This document shows positions 36,611 to 50,974 of a stretch of DNA of 64,000 nucleotides, piece by piece (positions within the stretch are counted from its first letter, which is position 1; the number at the start of each line of letters is the position of its first letter). This DNA comes from Octopus vulgaris (taxonomy: Eukaryota). A model generated the notes under the pieces. The model was not told the DNA's origin. It made no database searches and saw only the letters and a list, made by a program, of their open reading frames with translations. The stretch covers positions 99,076,001-99,140,000 of the forward strand of contig OX597819.1 of NCBI GenBank assembly GCA_951406725.2, read 5' to 3'. Both the position numbers and the translations under genes were made by a program.

Positions 36611-36682
<72 letters not shown>

Positions 36683-37477
36683 CTCTCTTACACACACACA
36701 CACATATATAAGCATGCATACTTGTTCACATATACATATAAAAACATATATGTGTCTGTGAAAATGTTGTTGTCGTGAGTGTGAGTAATGGTTTTTCAAT
36801 TGACCGTGTTGTTTTCCAAAGAGACTGCCAATGTTATCATATAACATATGAAAATATTCAACGAAAGTTACAAACAAATAACAGTAATAGTATTATGTAG
36901 CTGAATGTTTTCATTTTAAATTTTTTAAAAACGGAGAAAAGAAACAATCTTAAGAATATCTATTTATATATTTACAAGTTTATTGATTTATTTGATGGGT
37001 CTACTCTTCTCTCCCTAATTGCCTACCAATCTATTTATTTATCTACAGTAATATGATAATGAGCTAATCTGTGTATCAACCCATCCGCAAATCTTGTATT
37101 CTACTTTTTTTTTTTTTTTAATCTTTCTCTCTGCTCACTGTAAATGTCTGATTAATTACATGTGTATTTAATTATATATTTAATATTGTAACAAATTATA
37201 TAGACATGCAACAGATACTAATCCGGTGTCTCAACGCTAAGTTACCGAAATATATTTAATCCAAGGGAGACTACTTTATTGATAACAATTTCTTTCTGGC
37301 GTTTAAATAAAATTATTATTCGAAATAAATTAAACTTATTTAACTGGTTAAAAGGTTATATGCTATTTTATTTAAATTTTAGTAGCATTAGTAAATAATT
37401 TAATGTCAAATATTGAGAAGTAGATACATAGTTTGTTACTTCCGAGTATTGGTGATGTGTCCATGTAGCCGGTGTAA

Positions 37478-38215
<738 letters not shown>

Positions 38216-39149
38216 TGCCTTCTTAAATGTTTTTTTTTAGTCACTTTGTACACTCATTATTGCTGTTATTATTGTTGATATTCCCTCCAATTAGTAGAAG
38301 AATGTTTGAAATATGTAACCGAAGGAATAGCTATTTAATGTGAACGTGTCACAGATTATTTGTTAATTCCACATTTGCAATACATTTATATAAAACATTA
38401 ACTTGCAATGACTTATAAAAGATATTGTCATATATGTTTTTATTTCTGTCAAAATGTTATACCATATCTTTATCTCATAAAAATATGTCAGTATTTTGTA
38501 AACAGCTGTCTGTTTATTTCTTACCTATAATATCTCTGGTTTCCAGTGCACCCTGTGATCATAAGTTTAATTTAATTACAGTATTAAATTCATGCTGTAT
38601 TTACAACATAACTGCTGTTTTAATATATGCAAGCACTTACATTTATGTGTGTGTGTGTGTGTGTGTGTTGCATACCTGTGTTTCAGTATGTGCTAATAAC
38701 CATGTGTATATGTATTAACAACTACGTGAATTTGCTTTGAGTTAATAGTTCTTATGATATAGAATAGACACAAAGCAAAAACATTGGCCTGAACAAAATG
38801 TGTGAGGCTTGAAGAGTAGCAACAGTTTACACTTCTTCCAAAGGAGGTGGGACCTTATAAATATTATAGGGAAATCTTTTTTTTTTTTCCAGCTTTTGTT
38901 GGATTTCAGAAAGTTAGCAGAACATTGAGCAATTAACTGCAGAGAATGCTGGGTTATAGATATCGTAGAGAAATCTAATAGATCTAGACTGTTATAAATC
39001 AAAATAGATGTTGCATAGTTGGTTACTGTAAAAACAAAATGTCAAAGAGAGAGAAAGATATGTAGTACCAGAGCTGGTTCACACAGCTCAAGACAACCAT
39101 ACCATTGGAAGTGGTGAAACCTGTTGATAAATAATGAGATATCCTGTGG

Positions 39150-40015
39150 CTGAAGCTTGTAGGTAGGAACAATTAAACCACATGCTTACATAGACCTATA
39201 GGCCTTAATATAGTCCCTTAAAACTGGCCGTCCATGGGGACTCCTATGTGTGATGATCTTGTTCTCATAATGGAATCAAGAGAGCAAATGCTTGACTGAG
39301 AGATTTTAAGGTTAACTTAGCAAAGAAGATTTTAGTGAAAAGTCAAGAAGACTGGACCCTAGTATCTTCAGGAAAATAGCTTTGTTCAGTATGCAGAAAA
39401 GGAGTAGATGTAAACTCTATGTGTTCTCATTGTAAACTATGAACAGACCAGAGGTGTAGTGGAATCACAGGCAGACTAACAGAGAATGTAAGCTTAGTAT
39501 GTGGTACATGCACTGGAGTGGTATGTGCTATGAACATAGTAGAAGCAGATTCTCTTGAATACCTGGATGGCTAACTAGAAATAGTTGATAGCTTTTGTTA
39601 CCTAGAAATGTAGTTAGTAGGGGAGCTAGTTGCTCTGAAAGTATAGTAGCTTGTGTAAGAATGAGTTAGAGAAAGTTAAGAGAACTACTACTGCTGCTTG
39701 CAACAGAGTGAAGGGTAGGTTGTATGAGACTTGTGTTTGAACTGTGATGCTGTATGGTAGTGAAATATGGATATTGAATGCAGAGGACTTTAGAAGACTG
39801 GAAATAAATAAAAGTAAGCATGCTCTATTGGATGTGCAATGTAAGTGTCCATGAATGACAATACAAATGTGCTGAGAGAGAGAAAAACTGAGCACAAAAG
39901 AATCAGATACATTATGCAAATAAAAGAAGACTTTACTGATAAGGACATGCAATATGTAAGTTGCATAAAGAAATGCTGATCCCTGTAGGTGGATGGAGTT
40001 TGTGGAAAAGAGAAG
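39150..40015 (+). mobile_element. Old RTE-clade LINE fragment
   Basis: Diverged homology to 43045-44000 (agagtgaagggtaggttgtatga, gaaatagttgatagcttttgttaccta). Confidence 0.7.
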
Positions 40016-40019
40016 ACAG

Positions 40020-40460
40020 TCATCATCATCATTGTTTGACCGTGGTCGAAATAATGGAATTTACTATGCTACGCCAGACTTCACAGTCCATCATAGCACT
40101 ACGGAGGTCCTGTTGCTGGATGCCTGTATCCCTCAAGATTACATCAGGGTAGGAGAGTGTGTGCTCTCTGGTATTGCGAGTAGATGGCTTCCAGAGGAGA
40201 AGAGTAGAAATTGCCTCGTTTTCAGCTCTACAACAATGTCCAGCGAACTGGACTCTCCTACCTTTCACAAGAGATGATACAGGTGGTAGTTTCCCATATA
40301 TTTGTACTTTGGTTGGATGATGCCTCCACGAGAGATTTTGAGCTCTCATAAGGATGCGAGTGTAAGTTCCATTCAACCGCCTCTCAAGCTTTTTTGATAA
40401 CATCCAGGTTTCTGAGCCATATAGTAGAATTGGTTCGACTGTGGTTTTGAAGACAGTGGA
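40020..40460 (-). mobile_element. RTE-like LINE 3' end, second family
   Basis: VEPILLYGSETW...RRVQFAGHCCR, followed by an (ATG)n tail. Confidence 0.8.
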
Positions 40461-41439
40461 TGAAGTGGTGAAGTCTAATCTCAGGATTTTGACCCTTATG
40501 GAGGAAATGACCAGCAACCAGTAATATGTGGTTTTCAAGAAGATCTGCCCATATCAGAAAAACTAAGCTCTAGAAGCAGTGTGTGTGTGTATACATATGC
40601 ACCAGTTTCCTTTCACCCAATATTCTCCTCAAGACACCCCTACAACCAATCATCTTTCTAATTGTAGCTTTTCTTTGATATCACTTATCTTTCTTACTGC
40701 CTGGAACTGTCTCACTTGATACCCCACCACTATATATCTCTCAGTTTCTCCATGCACTATGCCTGCCTCTTTCTCTCTCCATCAACCCTGACAACCTACC
40801 CCATCACATATCATCTCTCATTCTCACACTCTCAACTGTATCTACATTACTATTCCACTGCTCTTCATTCTCATGCATCATTGGACACTCTCTACCCCTT
40901 ATCCATCATTCACTACATCCAATCATCAATTCTTGTTTTTCATTTATTGTATTCATACCTGATGAAAGTGCATGGCTCACAGTCATGAGGTAGTGAGTTC
41001 AATTGCCAAACTTGGCTGTGTGTTGTGTTCTTGAGCGAGACACTTTATTTTATGTTGCTCCAGTTTTATTTTTTATATTGCTCAGCTGTAGCAGTGATTC
41101 ATGAAGTGCCCCAGCATAGCTGCAGCCTAATGCCTGAGACAGGTAAAAGATATATAGACACATGCATATATATATATATGATGGGCTCCTTCCAGTTTCT
41201 ATCTACCAAACCTGCTTGCAAGGCTTTGATCAGCCTGTGGCTCTGGTAGAAGGTCCAAGGTGTTACACAGTGGATTGAACCTGAAACCATGTGATATAGT
41301 TGTGAAATGAATTTTTTAATCACACAGTCATAGTTATGTGTGTATATGTGTATATATATTTATATATATATATATATATATACACACTCACATATAAATA
41401 TGACTGTGATTAAAAAATTCATTGTATATATAATATATA

Positions 41440-41473
<34 letters not shown>

Positions 41474-41621
41474 TAGCAGAGATACCTGCCTTTGCTTGGA
41501 ATTAAAATGGTATAGTTTTTTTATTGTTTTACTTGTTTCAGTCATGTGACTGCAGCCATGCTGGAGCACTGCTGTTGGTCGAACAAATTGACCACAGGAT
41601 TTATTCTTTGTAAGCCTAGTA

Positions 41622-42848
41622 TTAGGTTGTCAAGAAAGTTCTTGCAGTTTTTAACCTTTAAATTCAGATGCACATATCTCGGCTCAACGGAATAAATACC
41701 ATCAGAATCAACACACTTTTGCCAACACGAAACAAGTTTATTTATGTCAGTAGCATAAAAATTCTGTGTTCTGGTGGCAATGAAGTCATTGAAGGCGTGT
41801 TTGGCATCATCTTGGTTTTTGAAGCATTTCTCACGCAGGAAGTTGTCAAGATGCTTGAAAAAGTGATAGTCGGTAGGTGAGAGGTTTGATGAGTATGGCG
41901 GATGAGGCAGAGTTTCGTAGCCCAATTCGTTCAACTTCTGCAGGGTTAGTTGTGTGACGTGCAGCCGAGCATTTTCATGGAGAAGAATTGGTCCTTTTCT
42001 ATTGACCAATGCCAGCTGTTGTCGGAGTTTCTTATGCATTTCATCCATTTGCTGACCGTATCTCTCTGCCATAATGGTTTCGTCTGGATCCAAAAAGCTG
42101 TGACGGATGAGACCGGCGACATTTGGTGCAACTTTGGCCTTGGTAAGTGCCGTGAAGCTTAATTGGCATCCAACCACTGAGCTGAGCATTGCTGGTTCTC
42201 GTAAAGAATCCACTTTTCATCACAGGTCACAATCTGGTTGAGAAACGGGTCATTCTTGTTGCTTAAAAGAAGGGAAGACGACACTTCAAAACGGCGTTTT
42301 TTGGTTGTTGTTCAATTCATGCGGCACCCATTTCTCAAGTATTTTTGTTTTCCTAATCTCTTTCAAGTGGTTGTCATATACATTATGTGTAATTCAGAAG
42401 CAAGCTCTCAAACAGTTGTGCATGGATTGGCTTCCACTAAGGCTCCTAGTTGATCGTTGTCAACATCCGATGACTGACCACTATGCTTATCATTTTCAAG
42501 ACTCTCGTCACGGCTACGAAATTTCTTAAACAACCATTGTGCTGTACGTTCATTAGTGGTTCCTGGGTCATATGCATCGTTGATATCGTGAACTGTTTCA
42601 GCAGCTTTTCAGCCTAGCTTGAACCGGAATAAGAAAATTGTGTGAATTTGCTTTTTGTCCATGTATTCAACGTTCCAGAAAAAATGGCCTAATTATTCAA
42701 AAAGAAAAAGAGTAACACGATTCCATAGGGTGAAAAACAGGCTTTAAAATGATATATATAGTCAAAGTAATTTAACGAAAATTAATTTGAAAATACATAA
42801 TTTAAAACCAAAATTTAAAATTCCATAAGAACTTTCTTGACAACCTAA
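41622..42848 (-). mobile_element. Full-length defective mariner (Hsmar1/cecropia-like)
   Basis: TIRs TTAGGTTGTCAAGAAAGTTCTT; TA TSD at 41620-41621 and 42849-42850, inside a family A SINE; IVTCDEKW and LPHPPYSSNLSPTDYHFFKHLDNFL; frameshifted. Confidence 0.93.
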
Positions 42849-43044
42849 TACTTATTCTATCAGTGTCTTTTGCTGAACTGCTAAATTATGGGAACAGAAG
42901 CACAGCAACATCGGTTGTCAAGCAATGGTGGAGGTACAAACACACACACACACATGTACGAAATCCACTCACAAGGCTGTATATATATATATACGCAAGT
43001 ATATATATACATATATACATACATGTATGTGTATATATACCTCA

Positions 43045-44637
43045 AGCAATAACAGAGGAATTGAGGTAATAATGGAAGAATTCAGGCAATAACAGAGGAA
43101 TTCAAGACAGGTTGCTCCTGGGAGCTCTTCTATGCTGATGACCTGGCCCTCATGGCAGAATCACTACCTGAACTAGAAAAGAAATTTCGGATGTGGAAGC
43201 TAGGTTTAGAATCAAAAGGCCTTAGAGTCAATGTAGCAAAGACCAAAGTTAAAGTAAGTCAGAAGGTGAACTCATCACACACCTCTCAGGTAGGTAGCCC
43301 TGCTTGATCTGTAGAAAAGGTGTAGGTAGAAACTCTACATGATGTACCCAGTGTAAGCTATGGATGCATAAGAGGTGCAGCAGCATCAAAGGAAAATTAA
43401 CCGAGAAGATAGTTTTTGTGTGTGGCAGATGCACAGAGGCAATAGACACCACTGATACTCAGAAAACAGATTCCATTATACTCCAGGAGAAGAAACTAGA
43501 AGTAGTTGATAGTTTCTGCTACCTAGGTGACCAAGTTAGTAGTGTAGGTGGATGCTCAGAGAGTTTTACCACTAGAATAAGAATAGCCTGGGCAAAGTTT
43601 AGAAAGCTTCTATCCCTACTGGTGACAAAGGGTCTCTCTCTCAGAGTAAAAGGTAGATTGTACGACGCATGTGTGTGAACAGCCATGTTTCATGGCAGTG
43701 AAACATGGGCTGTGACTAGAGGACATGCGTAGGCTTGAAAGAAACGAAGCTAGCATGATCTGCTGGATGTGTAATGTCAGTGTCCATGCATGACAGAGTG
43801 TAAGCGCCCCGAGAGAAATGTTGGACATAAGAAGCATCGGATGCAGCGTGCAGGAGAGACGTTTGCGTTTGTATGGTCATGTACTACGGATGGATGAGGA
43901 GAGCTGTGTGAAGAAGTGCCTCTCCCAAATTGTTGAAGGAATCTGGGGTAGAGGTAGACCCAGGAAGACATGAGATGAGGTGGTCAAGCATGACCTTCAT
44001 ATGTTGGGCCTCATAGAGGCTATGAAGAAAGACCAAGATCTCTGGAGATATACTGTGACTTCGAAGACCCGACAAATGAAGTGAGTTCATGGCTCACAGA
44101 ATGGCCTGCTGTGCTAACCTTGGTTGATAGGGCAACACACTGTGCTTGAGGAGACCTATTGTGTCAAGTACATCAACATCAAAATAAAAATCAGAGGGAT
44201 ATTGTAGTTGTGATACCTGTGCCGGTGGCACGTTGGGCCTCACAGAGAAAATGATGAAGACCGAGACCTCCGAGATATGCTGTGACTGCGAAGACCCGAC
44301 AAATGAAGTGAGTTCATGGTTCACAGGACAGCCTGCTGTGCTAATCTGGATCGTAGAGTGACCCGCTGTTCTTGAGGAGACCTATTGAGTCAAGTATGTC
44401 AACACCAACATCAAAAGAAAAGTCAAGAGGAAATTGTAGTTAAGATACCCGTGTTGGTGGCACATAAAAAGCACCCACTACACTCATGAAGTGGTTGGCA
44501 TTAGGAAGGGCATCCAGCTGTAGAAACTCTCTCAGATCAGACTGGAGCCTGGTGCAGCCTCCTGGCTTCCCAGACCTTGGTCGAACTGTCCAACCCATGT
44601 CAGCATGGAAAACGGACATTAAACGATGATGATGATA
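43045..44637 (+). mobile_element. 5'-truncated RTE-clade LINE
   Basis: LLYADDL motif near 43125, KLEVVDSFCYLGD, stops and frameshifts, ~230-bp duplication near the 3' end, (GAT)n tail. Confidence 0.9.
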
Positions 44638-44647
44638 TGTATGTACG

Positions 44648-44680
<33 letters not shown>

Positions 44681-44979
44681 AGGCTAGGTTCGGTTTGGTT
44701 AAAATTCTTAATTTGATCGGTGACTCAAAGTAAGGGGGAAAAAAAGAAACAGTCACAGTCAGAAGTCATGATGTACATTATATTGTTTACCAAAACCCAT
44801 AGTTAATATTTCTAAAGAAAATAGAAAATGTGAGGTACCTGAAGTAGCTTTTGAGTTTGCTGCTCTCTACCCACCCTCAAGGCCTTAAGCCTATACATGC
44901 TTATACAGCTGACCCAAAAGTTCTGCCTCCACAAAAATATCACCTATACAGAATGTACCCTTTTTCCCATCCTGACTAC

Positions 44980-45450
44980 GTTATTAACCATGGTAATGTC
45001 AAATATGCCTGTTAAAGTTACCAGCAGTGATAATGGGGTCAGTAATTATTTTTATGAAGGTAGTCTGCAAGAGGGCCTCATAGACCTGTCCTCTTGTTCA
45101 TCTGTCTGTTCTGATTGTGGTGTGTATGCTGACAGTGTACTGTTGCTTTCATATCCATGACTAGTCTAAACTTAATCATTCTTACACTTACTTTGACTAC
45201 TTCACTTCATCTAGTTATCTCTGCCAAAAATATATGTATTTCACCTATCCCAGCACCGTTTTCTGTTTTGATTTTTTTGGTGAGAAGAATTTTTCATCTG
45301 TGTTCGTTACTTGTAAGGAGTCTGGCTGAGGCTACCGATCTTTATCACATCACTTTACATAACAATCATCTACTCACCTCCACAACTGTACTTCATAATC
45401 TCTCCAGGTCTCTAGCACTCATCAATATGACATTGATGGTAGCAGCTCAA
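44980..45450 (-). mobile_element. Decayed RTE-type APE endonuclease fragment
   Basis: Minus strand SAYTPQSEQTDEQED and PIITAGNFNRHI (YAP/GDFN-like motifs). Confidence 0.55.
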
Positions 45451-46184
45451 GTTTTATACCTGACAGGAAAAGAAATGTTTTGGGCAATATTTCGGTTGTT
45501 TGGTGTTTATTTTCTGCTTTTGAAAGCAAGTTGGTGAAATTATTTGATGGTATTCAAAAATTTCTCATACATGGCCACTTCTTCCCACCTGATCTTCTTA
45601 CTGCTATGCACAGCACTAACATGCTATTTTAGCCTTGTATACAAAATTAAGGTTTCTCATTGTTTTGACCCGCTTGCTTGTATTTATTATGTCAAGAAAC
45701 ACCTTCCTGACACAAACCACTTTACAATATGTGTGAGAGCATTTTGCTACCCACATGTTATTTAGTCTTAGATCAATCTTCATTGAGCTGAACTATGATC
45801 AACAGCATTCCCGCCATGACCACCCATATTATTCTGATATATAGAGCATCAAGAACTACATCCTTTATTGCATTCGTCCTTTCTGAAATAGGGTGGAATT
45901 TGAGGGAAATTTGGCTACTACTTCTAGCATATAAAGCAACTATTCAGAGGTTACATTGTTATCTTTTATATTTCAGTTGTTTCATACATTAGACTGTGGC
46001 CATGCTGGTGTACTGCTTTGAAGACTTTTTAGTCAAATTAGTTTTCTTTTTTTAAAACCTGGTACTTATTCTATTGGTCCTTTTTCTGAACTGCTAGGTT
46101 ATGGGGATGTAAACAGACCAACACTGGTTGTCAAGTGGTGCTGGGAGACAAACACAGACACAAAGATTATATATATATATATAT

Positions 46185-46572
46185 CTAATTACCAGCATCG
46201 CCTCACTGGCACTTGTGCCCCGTATTAGTAGGGTGCTAAGAGCACCATCCGAGCATGCATGTAAAAGGCACCATTCGAGTGTGATCATTACCAGCGTTGC
46301 CTTACTGGCACTTGTGTCGGTGGCATATTTAAAAACATTCGAGCGAGATCGTTGCCAGTACCGCCTGACTGGCCCCCGTGCCGGTGGCACATAAAAGCAC
46401 CCACTACACTCTCGGAGTGGTTGGTGTTAGGAAGGGCATCAAGCTGTAGAAACTCTTCCAGATCAAGATTGGAGCTGGGTGCAGCCATCTGGCTTTCCAG
46501 CCCTCAGTCAAATCGTCCAACCCATGCTAGCATGGAAATCGGACGTTAAACGATGATGATGATGATGATGAT
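46185..46572 (+). mobile_element. RTE 3' UTR fragment
   Basis: Shares its tail with the 35120 and 43045 elements; (GAT)n. Confidence 0.8.
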
Positions 46573-46585
46573 ATATATATATATA

Positions 46586-46624
<39 letters not shown>

Positions 46625-47724
46625 ATGTAATATGTGTGTGTAACAGGCTTCTTACAGTTTCCATCTGCCAAATCCACTCACAAGTCTGGTCAGGCCAAAG
46701 CTTTGGTTGAAGACACACAGTGGAACTGAACCTAGAACCATGTGGTTGGGAAGCAGACGTCATACCGCGCAGCCATTCCTGCACCTGTGTTAGCTTATTT
46801 TTTCTAATATTTTACAGATAGACAAACTACATTACTACCTTCCCTTAATCCAGTTAGGATTAATCTGGTACAAGATTTTGAAATAATCCCCACGTCATGC
46901 TGCAATCATGTTTATATGAATTTTCTATCTGTTATGATGTAGTTGTTGTTATTGTCCCTCGTTTGAAAGTCGTATTTCATAGTAATTAGCTGTATCTTGG
47001 TTGTTGATAAATTATGAAGGAGATTTTTAATTCTTTCATTTGTATTGATAATTACTGTAATTAAGATTTTATTTTCAGAAATTAGCATTTTGTGTAAAAT
47101 CTAATTCACAGAAAATACAAAAACAGAGAAATATTTAATAATTGTTATTATTATTTTAAAATAAAATGTCCTTCTGTAAAAGTGGTGGTGGTGGTGGTGC
47201 TAGTGACAGTAGTTGTAGTGTTAGTGGTAATGGTGGTGGTGTTAGTAGTGGTGATGGTGGTGGTTGTAATTAATTGCGGTGGGAGCAGTGATGGATGTGG
47301 TATTTTTGATATAAATTAGTTTATCATATTAATTTCAGTTGTCATCATCATTATCATCATAACCAACACTATTATTCATTTCCTTGTTGTTGATGTCGCC
47401 ATCATCATTATTATTATTCTTGTCATCAGTATCATCATAATCACCATTATCTTTGTCATCATAAATTTAATCTTTATCTTTTGATTGTTTCACTCACTGG
47501 ACTACGGCCAAGCTGGGGCACTGCCTTCAAGAGTGTTAGTTGAATGAATGAACCCCAGTTCTATTCTTTTCTTTTTTTTCTTTCTTGTAAGCCTTGTACT
47601 TATTCTATTGTTCTCTTTTTGATGAACTACACTGTAAGAAATAATAAATAACTAACACTGGCTGTCAAGCAGAGGTGCAGGATAAATGAAACACACACAC
47701 ACACACACACACACAAGGGATATG

Positions 47725-48773
47725 GACATGCTTAATCACTCATCAATTAAGACTATTCTGCAGAGACCTGAATAAGTGGAAATCCGAAGGAGCAATATCT
47801 GATGAATATGGAGGGTGGGGTAACACAACCCAGCTGAGCTGCAGCAATTTTTGTCTGGTTCATAAAGAAACGTGTGGTCTTGCATTATCATATTGGAAAG
47901 CAGCACCCTTCCTGTTGGCCAATTCTGGATGTTTCTTTTGAATTGCTGCTTTTAACTCTTCCAGTTCATTGCAGTATTTCTCAGAATTAACTGTCTGGTT
48001 ACTTGGGAGAAGCTCATAGTACAGAATTCTTTTCCAATCCCACCAGACACAAAGCAAGACTTTTTTAGGGTGAAGATCTGCTTTTGGGTTGGCTGAGGGT
48101 GGTTCATGTCACTTACTCCAGGAACACTTTCTCTGAACATTTCAGTAGATAATCCATTTCTCATCACCTGTCACAATTTGCTTTAAGAAAGGTGCGTTTT
48201 CATTCCGTTTATAAAGTGAATCACAAATGGAAACATGATCCAAAAGGTTCTTCTCACTCAACTCATGTGGTACCCAAACATTGTGCTCATGAACAAGAGA
48301 TTTTGATAGGTTGAGGCTTTCTGCTGATTCTCGCGTCGTGCAATGTGGGTTATTCTCAATTAATGACTTGATTTGGTCATCATCTGTAGTGGATAGTCTG
48401 CCTGATCGCTCTTTATCAATAAGGCTACAATCTCCAGCTCGGAACCTTGCGAACCACTTCCATACAGTTCTTTCAGATAAAGAAACATCACCATAAACTG
48501 CAAATATTTCTTTGGTTGTTTGTGAGGCATTTTTCCCTTTATGGAAAAAGAAAAGTATCAAGTGCCGAAAATGAACTTTCTTACCTTCCATTTTAAAGGG
48601 TTACAGAATTAACACAGGTTATAGGAACATAAACCTTCTTCCATGAAAAGATAGCTTAAACTGTGCTGTAAATGGAGGTGTAGTCAAATCCTATTTTATG
48701 GACTCAACCATGTTCTAAAATAAGTCGAAAGGTAAGCTACTATAAATCAGCATGAACTTTCCGGACAACCTAG
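47725..48773 (-). mobile_element. Defective mariner (mellifera-like), 3'-truncated
   Basis: MEGKKVHFRHLILFFFHKGKNASQ, WVPHEL, IVTGDEKWI, YDNARPH, LPHPPYSSDIAPSDFHLF; one TIR ending ...GGACAACCTAG|TA. Confidence 0.92.
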
Positions 48774-49457
48774 TATTTACAATTCACTGTAGCACCATGC
48801 TTTGGCTGTCTGGGAGTTGTGAACTGTGTGATGATTTCCATTCCATTCTCTTATATGAAGTAGCAGGTCAGTACAGAGCATAATATTGGTTTCAAATTTT
48901 GACACACGGTCAACAGGTTCAAGTCTGTAATTGTTACATATCTTATTGACCTCCACAAAAGGCATAATTTGAACTCAGAATGTAGAGATGGATGAAATGC
49001 TACTAAGTATTTTGCCCTGTGTGCTAATGGTTCTACCTGCTCACTGGTTTAGTACAGAACATAATATCAAAAAATAAATGTATGACAAAGGGTTGGGTGT
49101 TACATGATCACCATCATTAGCTTGCTATTTTGACTATAAAGAAATTGTGCACCAGCAGATGAATGTCAATGTGAGATCTTACAACTTTCTCAAAATCATT
49201 TTGATGAAGTACTTAATTTTTTTCAATGAGGAAAGCATTTTAATAAATTAATGACAAAAGAACAGGAATTATGAAGTCAACTTCATTGGCTTACAGGTGT
49301 TTCTGTTGTAAGGACTAGTACACTTAGAGCTGAGTGCTAGCGCAACATCTTATAACTTCCACAGAGCCATTTCAATGAATATTTATTGAGGAAAGCATTT
49401 AAGTATATAGCTGGGCACTTATAGACACACCTATAATATAACACAATTAGATAGATA

Positions 49458-49504
<47 letters not shown>

Positions 49505-49519
49505 AAGTAGTAAATAAAT

Positions 49520-49965
49520 GGCACAACTAAGTACCGATATTTACTGGAAATAGCGAACGTAAAAATACGTACCGATATTTACTGGAAATAGCGAACGTAA
49601 AAATACGACGCTAATGTATAGCTTCACCGCGTATGTATTAGTAAAAATGCGTGTGTGCAACAAACTAGAGAAAAACGTCTTACCTCCAGGGAGAACATAT
49701 ATACATATACACCAGAGTAAGCACATAAATGCGAAACAAGGTGGACAAAATAGTACTCGAATACCAGAGGTAGAGTAATATGCTTTATTAAAAAGCAGCA
49801 AAAATATCACAAAAACTGTTACTCAGAGTTTTATGTTCCCGTTTGTTGAACAGTGTTGTTTAGGATGGAGCCTTATTTTTGTTCCATTCTAAACATAACT
49901 GTCCAACAAACGGGAACATGAAACTCCGAGTAACAGTTTTTGTGATATTTTTGCTGCTTTTTAAT
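49520..49965. mobile_element. Penelope-like fragment with terminal palindrome
   Basis: Arms ~49787-49870 and 49881-49965; 39-bp tandem duplication at 49531; decayed hammerhead-like motif. Confidence 0.6.
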
Positions 49966-49968
49966 TAA

Positions 49969-50002
<34 letters not shown>

Positions 50003-50719
50003 ACAAAAGACGAAGGCAGGTGGAGTACAAACAAACAATGTATTAGTATGGCGCTGAGGAATAGAAATAAAACAAGTCTTTTACGTTTCGAGCCTACGCT
50101 CTTCGACAGAAAGATACACAGAAAAGAAACAAGGAGAGAAAAAAATTGCATGTAGGGGCTAACGATTCAACATGGTGTTCTGATTTCAGAAGTCAGAGAT
50201 CGGAGGTCAAATGTTAGAGGTCAGACGTTAGACACTAGAGGGATAGTAGGGGAGATAACAGATATATATATAGGGAGAGTTCACGAAAAAAACAAAAGAT
50301 GAAGACAGGTGGTGTACAAAACAAACAGATGTATTAGTATAACGCTCAGGAATTGAAAAAGTCTTTTACGTTTCGAGCCTACGCTCTTCTACAGAAAGGG
50401 ACACAGAAAAAAACAAGGAGAGAAATAAAGAGAGATTGTTTTTCATTCTTTTGGAGTTACTAAAAAGAAGGGAGGTCCAAGGTAGTGAAATTGAGGAAAC
50501 TGTCAAAGAATTGGATCATATGGCTTATGATATCTGTTATAGCTCTGTGTATTCTGTACAAATCCCAGCTTCTCTCACCAGGATAAACAGGCCATTTGGG
50601 ACCTGGCAAAATTGACAAGTCCATATGGAAATGTATGTACATCCATCCATCTATCCATACATACATACATGCATGCACACACACATACATACATGCATAC
50701 AAGTATGCATACACACATC

Positions 50720-50974
50720 TCCAGTCTTCAAAATTATCTGGATGGAAAAAATAGGAATTCTGTAGGTGAGGGCAGGACAGTACTGGAGGAGTATTTTTCA
50801 TCACATATAAGTGAATTTTGGAACAGTGGCCTTGTAAGTATACCAGATAGATGGAAGAGCATTGTAGAAAATGAAGGAGAGTATATTTTAGATTAAAAAA
50901 GGACTTTGTTTATTTTAATTTTGAAAAGTAATAGAAGTATAAAAAAAAAAACCATTATTTATGGGATGACCCAA
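50720..50974 (+). mobile_element. Mariner 3' end fragment
   Basis: SLQNYLDGK...IPDRWKSIVENEGEYILD* followed by a TIR-like ...TTTATGGGATGACCCAA|TA. Confidence 0.8.

Noticed and set aside
41542-42213. 223-aa mariner ORF as a domesticated gene (SETMAR-like)
   Set aside because: Frameshifted, second catalytic Asp replaced (HENAR), still between TIRs; no SET domain
45157-45537. 126-aa hydrophobic ORF
   Set aside because: Antisense reading of a decayed RTE endonuclease fragment
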